Below, in pieces: positions 10,258-20,600 of a DNA stretch of 64,000 nucleotides; within the stretch, counting starts at the first letter, position 1, and each line of letters starts with the position of its first letter. The DNA is taken from IMG/VR virus record IMGVR_UViG_3300012984_000012, positions 1-64,000 of that record, one strand, 5' to 3'. Below the pieces are notes generated by a model that did not search any database, was not told where the DNA came from, and worked only from the letters and a program-made list of their open reading frames with translations. Both the position numbers and the translations under genes were made by a program. The DNA is from a virus.

Positions 10258-10653
10258 ATGTTTTACTCGAAGTGGGATGACGTCGTCCTAAAGGTCAAGG
10301 AGGACTTTGGTTACGACGATCAGGTCGACGTCGCCTTCAAGGTCATGATCGTCGGTCGCGACTTTAACACTGGTGATTACATCCAGTACCTGTGTTACGT
10401 CGCCCCAGGAGAGCGAATCCCGTATGGGTACGTTACCTTCACCATCAACGACAAGCACGTTCGCCGCTTCGGCGTCGAGAAGAAATTTTTGGGCGAGATC
10501 GGTTGCATCATCACCTCCCAGAACGACATCTTCAGTCACACCCCCGCCGTGAAGGGCGAAAAGTGTAGCAGGTGTCAGATCTTTTTCGAAGGTGCAGTCG
10601 AGACTGACGGCAAGTTTTTCTGTCGAGCGTGTCGCGAAAACCCTTGGCGTTAG
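10258..10653 (+). CDS. Hypothetical protein with C-terminal CxxC...CxxC zinc ribbon; only credible plus-strand gene
   Basis: Fills the gap between minus-strand genes with phage-like codon usage. Start moved to ATG 10258 (MFYSKW), 6 nt after TATGGT; CSRC...CRAC. Confidence 0.75.
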   Translation: MFYSKWDDVVLKVKEDFGYDDQVDVAFKVMIVGRDFNTGDYIQYLCYVAPGERIPYGYVTFTINDKHVRRFGVEKKFLGEIGCIITSQNDIFSHTPAVKGEKCSRCQIFFEGAVETDGKFFCRACRENPWR

Positions 10654-10759
10654 GTCACAGCTCTCAAGATGCACTAGAAAACTAACTAATCAACGACTTA
10701 GACCATTACCTCACATCTGGTTCAGTGTTCTCTTGGTGCCCTTAGGGGCTGAGATGCCG

Positions 10760-11626
10760 TCACTCGAACAAGGTTGGATTGTCAGCGTCTCGGTATCCCA
10801 CATCTATCATCTCTGCAATTTCCTTGGGATCGAATTGCATCGAGTTTAGCGTCAGGCGCTTGTCAGGTTGGACGAGCCTGATCTTGACGTGTTTCACCTT
10901 GTCTGCTTTCATGACGACGTCATTCATCAGGCCAACGAGTTGCAGGTCTGACCTAAGGATCTGGTCCGTCATCAGGTCAATGATCCTGAAGACGTAGTCT
11001 GGGACTGCTGCCTTTCCCCGAGGGTCCCAAGGATTTGCTGCTGACGGGTTGCTGCACATTATGACGTCAACCTCGTTTGCGCCCAACCTGATGGCCTCGC
11101 GCAGCGGCGTCATGTGCCTCAGCCCGCCATCGCACCACAGCTTCCCGTTTATCTCTACTGGTTGCATGAAGAACGGGTAGCTGGACGACGCTTGGACCCA
11201 CTTGATCAGGTCATCGAAATCCTCTCGACCGTACTTGAACTCACCTGTGTCTAGACAGACGGCTCCGACGCGGAGCTTACGACCTGACTTCTTGATAGCG
11301 TCAACGTCAATGTTGTCGTTAAGCAGCTTGATCAGCGGGCTCGCGTCATACGCTGAGGCTTTTCTCAGGCTTAGCAAACGACCGAGGTACTTCCACTTAG
11401 CGATTATTGAGCTCTGGTTTATCGAGCGCCAGAACCTCTCCAGCTCAATGATGCCAGACTTTGGATCGCCGATAGGCGACTGTGCCAGCGCTGCGACGTT
11501 GATGGCTCCGACAGAGACACCACACATGATGTCATAATCACACCCCTGTTCGCCGATCCACTTTTTTAGGACACCTACCTGATAGGCACCTTTCGTAGCA
11601 CCTCCCGACAACACAAGCGCTCGCAT
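10760..11626 (-). CDS. Patatin-like phospholipase
   Basis: LVLSGGATKGAYQVG glycine-rich loop, GVSVG nucleophile elbow, ASSS.P and DGG catalytic motif. Confidence 0.93.
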   Translation of the reverse strand: MRALVLSGGATKGAYQVGVLKKWIGEQGCDYDIMCGVSVGAINVAALAQSPIGDPKSGIIELERFWRSINQSSIIAKWKYLGRLLSLRKASAYDASPLIKLLNDNIDVDAIKKSGRKLRVGAVCLDTGEFKYGREDFDDLIKWVQASSSYPFFMQPVEINGKLWCDGGLRHMTPLREAIRLGANEVDVIMCSNPSAANPWDPRGKAAVPDYVFRIIDLMTDQILRSDLQLVGLMNDVVMKADKVKHVKIRLVQPDKRLTLNSMQFDPKEIAEMIDVGYRDADNPTLFE

Positions 11627-11663
11627 CTATTTTCAAGATATCAAATAGACACGAGGTATGACA

Positions 11664-12392
11664 TCACATCCCTACGCCGAGTAACAATTTTCGCGTCTTT
11701 AATGTTGAGCCACCACCGCCGCTCTCAACGGGCTCCGACGCATCAGTAGCAGGAGAACCGCCGATCGTCCAGTTACCAGCTGTACCACCGTTGACGTTGA
11801 CGTTCGTTGCTGAGTCGAGATCTAACCAGTGCAGGTTGGTGCCTGACGGCGCGATGCCCTGGCGAGCGTTTTGTGAAGCCGTTAGGGCATTCGCGTCGCT
11901 GATGGTGTTAGCCTGGCACCAGAACCCTTTGACGTTGCCATCAATGATCTCTTCACCAAATTGATCGTTGCCGATAAAGAGACCACCTCCCGCGATCGAC
12001 GTGACAGCCGTTCCGCAGTTGATCGTGATAGTAGTCCAGGACGTTGCATTTTCAGCTCGGTAACGCAACGTGTAGGCTGTGCCGGTGCCTGAGTACTCTA
12101 AGATGAACGCAAGCCAAATTGTGCTTGATCCAGTGAGAATTGTGTGCGTGTCGATGTTTCCACCGCCGTTAGCAAAGGTGAACACATCAAGCGTCGTTGA
12201 ACCAGTCGCAACGGCTAGCTGAAATCCCTGTGAAGAACCGCCAGTGCTACCAAACGCAACTATCGCCGTGTCACCAGCGGGAGCATAGGCACCAGTTCGA
12301 ATTTGGGACCACCAACCCATGTGGAACGCTGCCGTCAACGTGGGCGTCGTAGTGGTGCTTAATGAGTCAAGGGTAAATCTAACTGAGGTCAT
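11664..12392 (-). CDS. Putative ConA/LamG-like virion accessory or receptor-binding protein
   Basis: Thr/Gly-rich beta protein with LFIGNDQFGE...GNV...W pattern; ATGA overlap with the upstream stop gives a start at 12392. Confidence 0.5.
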   Translation of the reverse strand: MTSVRFTLDSLSTTTTPTLTAAFHMGWWSQIRTGAYAPAGDTAIVAFGSTGGSSQGFQLAVATGSTTLDVFTFANGGGNIDTHTILTGSSTIWLAFILEYSGTGTAYTLRYRAENATSWTTITINCGTAVTSIAGGGLFIGNDQFGEEIIDGNVKGFWCQANTISDANALTASQNARQGIAPSGTNLHWLDLDSATNVNVNGGTAGNWTIGGSPATDASEPVESGGGGSTLKTRKLLLGVGM

Positions 12393-13135
12393 GGTAACTC
12401 CCAAGCTGAGAACGACGTAGCGCTGAAGATCTTTGGATCGTCAGTCTGACCGGGAGAGTTGTTCTCACGATAAAAAGCGATTCCCGGGTTGCCTACTTGA
12501 TAATATTCAGGTCGGGTCACGTTGGCGATCTGAGTGACAAGCGCGCCACGAATCATCCAAACGATGACATTTCCTGTAAGAGCGCCATCATCAAGGGTAA
12601 GCTGAGCGCGGAGCTTGTCACCGTCCTGCACGCCGAATGAGGTGAATGCCGCACCGATGTTATCGTAATTGCCATTGGGCTCTAGATAGCGACTGACGAA
12701 ACCCAATATCCCGTACTTGCCTATTCCTAGGTTGATCTCAATGCCATCGAAATCAGTATCGTTATTGAACGATTGACCTAGGCTAGACCGTCGCAACGGC
12801 ACCTGACGCGCACCGAGGAGCAGCTCAACCTCGAGGTCACCCACAGGATCACTGAGCTTTTGAATGGTCAACTCACAAGCGTGGTTTTTTTTGAAACCAG
12901 ACAACCATGCCTGTGAATCATTGTACGTCGGAACGAACTTCTCGTCGCCTGTCTGATTTCCCCAACACACCCCACTGCCTTTTTGACAAATCGGTTGATA
13001 GGGAGAGCCTGTGGTCCAAACGCCGCCTTCAGAGAGTGGGCTTTCAGTTCCATCAAAGTTTGTTGAAAAGCTAAGCGGCGCAGGAGGCGTGACGATCGAT
13101 CTCGAAGTCCCAGAAAACATCCTTGCTGTTACCAT
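12389..13135 (-). CDS. Putative lectin-like virion accessory protein, paralog A
   Basis: Shares MV.AR.FSG, STNF..TE.P.SEGG.W, LSGF...HAC..TI, EVE and GNPGI with the adjacent gene. Confidence 0.55.
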   Translation of the reverse strand: MVTARMFSGTSRSIVTPPAPLSFSTNFDGTESPLSEGGVWTTGSPYQPICQKGSGVCWGNQTGDEKFVPTYNDSQAWLSGFKKNHACELTIQKLSDPVGDLEVELLLGARQVPLRRSSLGQSFNNDTDFDGIEINLGIGKYGILGFVSRYLEPNGNYDNIGAAFTSFGVQDGDKLRAQLTLDDGALTGNVIVWMIRGALVTQIANVTRPEYYQVGNPGIAFYRENNSPGQTDDPKIFSATSFSAWELP

Positions 13136-13145
13136 GGCAACACCA

Positions 13146-13886
13146 TCACGCTAGCTCCGTCACAAAAAGATCGGTGAACCCAAACGCGGCATCGTTACCG
13201 TCAGTGTCAAAACCGATGCCAGGATTGCCATTGCTAAACACCAACGATGAACCGTCGCCAGCCATGTTTGCGTTTCCAAGCGTGAAAGGCAGCGCAGCGC
13301 CGTTGGCAGCTGTGATGTCAAGCGTGAACATCCTGACGCCATTGATCTTACACGTGAGCAAGTTGCCCTTGATCTCACCGTAAAAAACGTCACCAGAGAC
13401 AGGTGCTGACGTCGACCCAAACTGATAGAGATAGTTGTACGACCCGTCACCGTTCCAACGGACGACGGTGAGGTACTGACCGAACGCAGACCAAAAAAGC
13501 TCGTATCCTCGAGCATACGTGCCTGAGTCATCGAACCTTAAGTGAATCTCGACCTCAGAAAACGTGCCGTTTGCGCCGCTCGAGCTGATGGTCGCAGTAC
13601 AAGCATGGTCAGCTCTAAACCCAGACAACAGGGCTCGACCGTCATCGAACCCACTGGCGCTAGTAGCCGCAGAAACGCCGTGTGCGATCCCGCTAGCTGT
13701 CACGACGGGCGTGCTCGAGGCTGGCAACGCTGCCTGTCCTATGTCCGTTCGATCTAGGCCTAACCCGCTAGCGTGCCAGGCACCGCCTTCGGAGATCGGG
13801 TTTTCTGTCAAGGAGAAGGTAGTACTGTACGTCTTCAACACGACCGGGGAGAACGTGTTGCCAGAAAAAGGCCTTGCACTCACCAT
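13146..13886 (-). CDS. Putative lectin-like virion accessory protein, paralog B
   Basis: Same motifs as 12389..13135; beta-sandwich-like pattern (GYEL...LTVVRWNG, SGD, GNPGIG). Confidence 0.55.
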   Translation of the reverse strand: MVSARPFSGNTFSPVVLKTYSTTFSLTENPISEGGAWHASGLGLDRTDIGQAALPASSTPVVTASGIAHGVSAATSASGFDDGRALLSGFRADHACTATISSSGANGTFSEVEIHLRFDDSGTYARGYELFWSAFGQYLTVVRWNGDGSYNYLYQFGSTSAPVSGDVFYGEIKGNLLTCKINGVRMFTLDITAANGAALPFTLGNANMAGDGSSLVFSNGNPGIGFDTDGNDAAFGFTDLFVTELA

Positions 13887-13896
13887 CAGTTCCCTG

Positions 13897-14679
13897 TTAA
13901 TTTCCCATCAAGTAACCAGACACTGTGATGTCAACGTCGGCGCCGGACGTGATGCAACCTCCGGAGACTGGGGTGTTGACGGTCGTGATGAACAGAGGCA
14001 CGCCTCCTCCGTGCATTGCGAACCCACCGCCTGCCGCGGCAGCATAACCCTGGATCTTGGTCGTCAATCCGTCCTTGATCACGACCTTTGTTGAGACGGT
14101 AGCATGGGCGTTTGTCACGAGCACGCTCATGACAGCGAAACGATTGCTCGCGCCAGGTGAAACGAGGATCGTACCCGAGGCCGTCGTGTAGTTTTGGGTG
14201 CCTTGACGTTGAAGGTCAGGGACCGATCCTAACAAGATGACCTGCTTGCCAAGCGAGTCAGCGATGCCTCCGACGATGAGACTGTTCGCTGTCACTGCTT
14301 TGTCTGACGTCCTAGCTTCGAACCCCTCGAACAAGGGATTCGCTGTTATCGTTGAACCTGTCAGGTTAAAACCTTGGACAGCACCGTTACCACCTGAGAC
14401 GACGTTAACGGGCAAGGCAGCCGACCAGGTGACAGGCAAGGATCCCGTAGACGTAACGGTAACGGGACTGGTGATGCTGACCGATCCAGTTATTCCTGCC
14501 GATCCGGTGATCCGCAACGCTGAGGTTGAGTCGATCTGTGGGTATCTTACGATGCCATCAGAGCCGACACCAGCAAACAGTAACCCGGTCATTCCAACAG
14601 GAATTTTCAAGCTTGATGTGACAGCCATCAAGCTACCGCTAACGTCAACTAACACTACGGCGGGATTATCAACACTCAT
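13897..14679 (-). CDS. Putative virion structural protein
   Basis: 260 aa, G/S/T/V-rich with TGS/SGS motifs; ATGA-coupled to the giant fibre gene. Confidence 0.55.
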   Translation of the reverse strand: MSVDNPAVVLVDVSGSLMAVTSSLKIPVGMTGLLFAGVGSDGIVRYPQIDSTSALRITGSAGITGSVSITSPVTVTSTGSLPVTWSAALPVNVVSGGNGAVQGFNLTGSTITANPLFEGFEARTSDKAVTANSLIVGGIADSLGKQVILLGSVPDLQRQGTQNYTTASGTILVSPGASNRFAVMSVLVTNAHATVSTKVVIKDGLTTKIQGYAAAAGGGFAMHGGGVPLFITTVNTPVSGGCITSGADVDITVSGYLMGN

Positions 14680-17600
14680 ATCACTGTCCTCGTTCTAGAG
14701 ATTTCGAACACACCTTGGTAAGTAATCGTGTCTTGCGCTTGGGACAACACTGTCGATCCGTCTGGAGCGTAGACCTTCCAGGTGATCGTGGCTGGCGTCT
14801 TGTTGGGATTGCGTGTCCACAGCTTTTCAACGATCTTTGAGCCACCAGCAGTGCGCCAGATGCTCGCCGTGGGGAAAGGTTGGGGGCCGATGTCAAGCGT
14901 TGACCCAGACCCAATCAGCTCATAGGGTCCGTTTTCAGCTAGGTGAATCAGCTGTCGTAGCGAAGCGTGAGAGTTAGCATCAAACAATGACGATGAAAGG
15001 ATGACCTGACCGTTGCTCTGGCTGGTGACAGTCAACGCTCCAGCTCCGACCAGGTACGACAGGCCCGCAGAGGTTCGTTGGAGCGAACCTGACAGCTGCG
15101 TGAACGTTGAACCCGACAGGGTTGCTACGACCGATTGATCGATCGAGATCGTTGAACCAGCGACCACGATTCCCGTGCCAGCGACTGGGTTTGAACCACC
15201 GCTGCCACCAGACGCGCCTGAGATGATGATCTGGCCGTTCGACTGGGTTATCAGCGTGATTCCGCCTTGGGACAACAGGTAAGGCAATCCAGCACTAGTT
15301 CGTTGGAGCGAACCTGACAGACCTCCTCCTGCAATGACCGGTCCAGAGAAGGTTGAACCAGTCAGCGTCGCGAGAACGTTATCGTTGATGCCAAGAGAGA
15401 CCGTTCCACCGGCACCGCCGTCTGTTAACGTCAATCCCGCTGAGACTGCCAACGATCTCTCGTTAGGAAGCGATCCGGTGTTACCAATCGTTATGTAAGA
15501 CGCAGAGACGTCTGGGACTTGCGTCAACTTGAAACTATTGATCGGTGATAGGCCGATCGTGACGCTTGCGCCGGAGCCGCCGTCGGCGAGCGAAAGGTCA
15601 GCTGAAACAGCTAGCGACCTTTCGTTAGGCAGAGATCCAGTGTTTCCGATCGTCACATAGGACGCAGAAACATCAGCAGCACTGGTGAATGACGAAGCGA
15701 TCACCACCTGACCGTTTGATTGCGAAGCGATCGTTACGTTCTGCCCGGCGACCAGGTAAGATAGGCCCGTAGTAGTCCTCTGAAGCGATCCTGATAGCTG
15801 AACGAAGGTCGAACCTGAGAGCGTTGCGACAACAGCAGGATCGATCGAGATAGTCGATCCTGCAACTAAGATGCCTGCGCCAGCGACAGGATTCGAACCC
15901 CCGCTACCGCCAGAACCGCTGATGATGACTTGACCATTCGATTGGGTCGTGATGGTGATCGAGCCTTGCGAAAGCAGGTATGGAAGGCCAGGAGCGATCT
16001 GTTGTAGAGAGCCCGACAATTGAGCAAAGGTCGAGCCAGACAACGTAGCGACGATCGAGTTATTGACGCCAATGGTAACCGTCGATCCCGCTCCCCCATC
16101 TGTCAGTGTCAACCCAGATCCGACGCTTAACGATCGTTCATTTGGAAGCGAACCCGTGTTACCGATCGTGACGTACGATGCTGAGACATCAGAAAGCGCA
16201 GCCTTAAGGTTGTCTAGGGCATTTGAGACCGTTGAACCTGAAACCGTCGCTGAGTCATTCGTGATGTCACTTGCATTGATGTAACGCTTCGCCGTCGGGT
16301 CTGACGTCAGAGCAATGCCACAGTTCGCCAACGGAAAGCGAAACGGAATGATCGATGAAAACGATCCAGTCACGTTCTGTCCCGCTGCGACAACGGGAGT
16401 CGTCACCGGGAAGGTCAGGTTCGCAGCTGCAGCAACGACTGCATTACCACCACCGGTGAAATTGATGCCAGTAGCAAACGTGTTAGAAGAGCCGGAGCCC
16501 CATACCTTAGCGTTTGCAACAAGCTGACAGCCGTGACCAACGTAGAATCCCGTTTGGCCCGAGCCGTTACACATCTCAAAATCATTCAACAGTTTCACAG
16601 ACGCTTGACCAGTCTGTGTGGTGATCGACGGGTGGTTCATCGAAATGAACGCTGCATCGATGGCGCATGCTGGACCGAAACGGGCAACTGAGTTGCCAGT
16701 AAAGCTCAACCCAGCCTGAAACGAACACCCGTTGAACAAGAAAAACTGGCCTATCAGCGTCTTCGAACCGGTTCCAGCGATGGTTCGGCAGTTGTTAAAC
16801 GTGATCGCGCTTAGCGACGTTGATGACGTTCCTGTCAATTCACACTGGCTGAACGTGATTCCCAAACCTTGAGGAAGAACGGATCCACCAGTGTGATCGT
16901 TCGTTGAGACGTCTTTTACGACGAACGACGCGAGACCAATCGCACTTGGGCCCAATCCAACTAGATTCGAATTGACACCGATCTTAGAGATCTTCGTCAA
17001 AGTTTGTTCAACAACAACCTGGTCACCGATCGAAGGAAAGGTCAAGCTAGCGTCTGACTCACGATAGAACGGTTTGACCCAAGTGTGTTGGGAATCTGCA
17101 CCCAGACCTGTCGAGTAAGTGACCGAACCTGAAGCTGCGCCGCTGATGACCCGAATCCTTCGACTGGCGACGAAGCTGCTCGTCGTCGATGCAATCATGC
17201 CACGAGTTGGCGTAGAAGAATTGGACGCTGTCACCTCTGACAGGGTCATGGGATTGCTTGATGAGACAGTTCCCAAGATTGTCAACGTGTTAGGAGGTTG
17301 GAACGTAGCGTTCAGTGACAACGTATCATACGTTCCTGGTGCAAAGTACAGAACCGTCGTCTGACGAGGAAAGTAAAGAGTTCCCTCTGGGCACAAGATC
17401 TGTGACAGACGCTCTGCAGTTCGAAGCGGCGTGCTGGGTGAGGTGCCGTTGTTAAGATCTGATCCAGAGACAATGTCAACGTACCAACGATCTACCAGGT
17501 GGGCTGGGTTAACTGAACCAGACGGACCAGCCTGGATTCCGTATGATGAAATCTGAACCTGACCGTTCGAGCCCGTCACAACAGAGGTCGTTCCGAAGCC

Positions 17601-20600
17601 GGCGATGTACGTCTCGCCCGTTGTCAATCTTTGAAGAGATCCGCTGACAAACGGAGCGTTAACGACGCCTGTGAACGTGGTTCCCGAGACGGTCGCCACG
17701 ACGCTGTCATTGATGCTGATTGCGTTGTTCGTCTTCGTGAGCCCAGTGCCAGCAACAGTCGTGTCATTCGATGATGAAACAAAGATCTGACCGTTGGACT
17801 GAGAGGTGATCGACACGCCACCTACGCCAACAAGATAGCTCAATCCGGATATGGTCTGTTGAAGCGAACCAGTCAGACCCCCAGAGAGAACCAGCGGCCC
17901 CGTCATCGACGAACCAGATCTCATCACGACAACATTAGGATCGATCGAGACCTGGAAGCTAGAAACGATGACGCCGGTGCCGGCTGAAGGAGGCACAGGT
18001 GACGAACCAGAGATTTGAACCTGACCGTTCGAGCCCGTCGTTACGGTCACGCCACCTACGCCCGCGATGTACGTCTCCCCCGTCGACAAGCGTTGCAACG
18101 ATCCCGAGACGCCACCAAGCAACGTCAATGGTCCCGTCACAGACGAGCCTGAACGCATCACCACTACGTTGGGATCAACAGAAACCTGGAAACCCGAGAC
18201 AGTGATGCCTGAACCCGCAGTCGGTGGAACTGATGAACCTGAGATGACGATCTGCCCGTTCGATTGCGAGACGATAGAAACGTTGCCCGCACCCACCAGG
18301 TAAGAAAGTCCCGTGTCAGTTTGTTGGATCGATGCGCTCAGTCGCTGGAAGCTCGAACCAGATCGCATCGCAACCAAGTTAGGATCAACGCTGATCTGCT
18401 GTCCAGAAACGATGACGCCCGTTCCCGCAGTCACCCCTTGAGGGACTGAGCTGCTGATCAGGATCTGACCGTTAGACTGTGAGGTGATCGATATGCCACC
18501 AACACCAACGAGGTATGACGATCCATCAATCGTCTTCTGAAGCGAACCAGTCAACCCGCCGCTTAGGACGAGGGGCCCGCTCATCGAAGAGCCAGACCGA
18601 GCCACGATCAGATTAAAATCGGCACTGAACGTTTGGCCGCCCAGGTTGATGCCTTGCCCAGGCAAGTACGCCGTGGGAGCAGAGCTGCTGATCACCACCT
18701 GGCCGTTAGATTGGGTCGTGATCGACGTTCCACCGACGCCAGCAAACGCCGTTTCACCCGTCGCAAGACGTTGCAACGAACCAGACAGACCACCTGCTGC
18801 TGTCACGGGTCCTGTGAACCTAGAACCTGACAGGGTCGCTACGACGTTGTCGTTAATCGAGATCGTGAAAGTTGAATTCGGGCCACCGTCAGTCAGTATG
18901 ATGCCGCTCGAACCTGCCAACGAACGCTCGTTATTCAACGAACCAGTCAATGATACGACCAAGTAAGTCGCATCAGGATCTCCAGAGCCTCCTCCGCTGC
19001 CTCCTGCGCCGAGCGCGGTCAGCGTTAGTCCGGTCGGGTTGTTGACATCGTAAAAACGTAAGTGACTACCTGAACGCTCGATACGAGTCGCTGCATCAGT
19101 AAACTGCACGTTGTTCGAGGTGATGGTGACGCTACCAGAACCGACCTTGACAGAGCCGCTAAAAACAGCGTCTCCACCAAAGACGCTAACCTTTCTCGTC
19201 GTCCCACCGACGGTGCCCGAAACATAAAAGAACGTATCAGTTCCGATGGTGTCAACGTAATTGTTGTCAGACGAGATCGACACGCTTGAGGTCGTCTTTA
19301 GCTTGTTTCCACCATCGATCCAAACGCTTGACGCTCCACCCGTTGCGGTGCTTGCGATCACGACCTGTCCGTTCGATTGCGAGACGATCGTGACGTTTTG
19401 ACCAGCGACCAGGTACGAAAGTCCTGCAGCAGTCTTTTGCAACGAGCCTGACAGCTGCGTGAACGTTGAGCCTGAAAGCGTGGCAACGACAGCAGGATCG
19501 ATCGAGACGGTCGATCCTGCAACCAATATGCCAGAACCAGCAACGGGACTTGAACCTCCAGCTGAACCGCTGATCAAGATCTGACCGTTCGACATTGTCG
19601 TCAAGGTTATCGAACCCTGAGCAAGCAAGTAAGGAAGGCCAGGAGCGACCTGCTGCAGTGAACCAGACAGGCCTGCTGACGCCGAGACTGGACCTGTAAA
19701 CGTCGAACCTGACAGGGTCGCCACGACGTTGTTATTGACACTGAGACTGACCGTGTTACCAGCTCCGCCATCGACCAGCGAAAGACCCGTTCCTACGACC
19801 AATGACCTTTCGTTAGGCAAAGATCCAGTGTTTCCGATCGTGACGTACGAGGCAGAAACGTCTGCCGCGCTAGTGAACGACGAAGCGATCACCACCTGTC
19901 CGTTAGACTGAGACGTGACTGTCACGTTCTGTCCAGCGACCAGGTAAGATAGACCTGCGGAGGTTCGCTGTAGCGAACCAGAAAGTTGGACGAAGGTCGA
20001 ACCTGAGAGCGTCGCTACGATCGTTGGGTCGATCGAGACAGTTCGATCGTTGACGAGGACCCCTTGGCCCGCCACGGGAGGCAATGACGACCCGCTAACG
20101 ACAACCTGACCGTTTGATGACGTAGTCACCGATACGACACCGGCACCAGCGATGAACGTTTCGCCTGTAGCTAGGCGCTGAAGTGATCCCGAGAGTTTGA
20201 CAAACGTTGCGTTAGATAGCTGAGCTACGACCGATGGATCGATATTGATCGTTGAACCAGTTACGTTGATTCCCAAGCCCGCTACGGGTACCTGAGGCGC
20301 AGAGCTCGACACGAGAATCTGACCGTTGGACTGTGAGATTATCGTGGTTCCACCCACGCCGACGAGGTATGACAGGCCCCCGCTTGTCTTTTGCAGAGAA
20401 CCCGACAGGCCACCTTGGGTTATAACGGGACCAGAGAACGTCGATCCAGAAAGGGTAGCGACAACAGAGTCGTTGACAGAGACGACACCAAGGCCAGAAA
20501 CGTTGACACCGTTACCAGATTGAGGCGTGACACCAGCAGACGCAGAGACGATGACCTGACCAGTCGATGACGTCACAACAGTGACCGCACCAGCAGCGGC

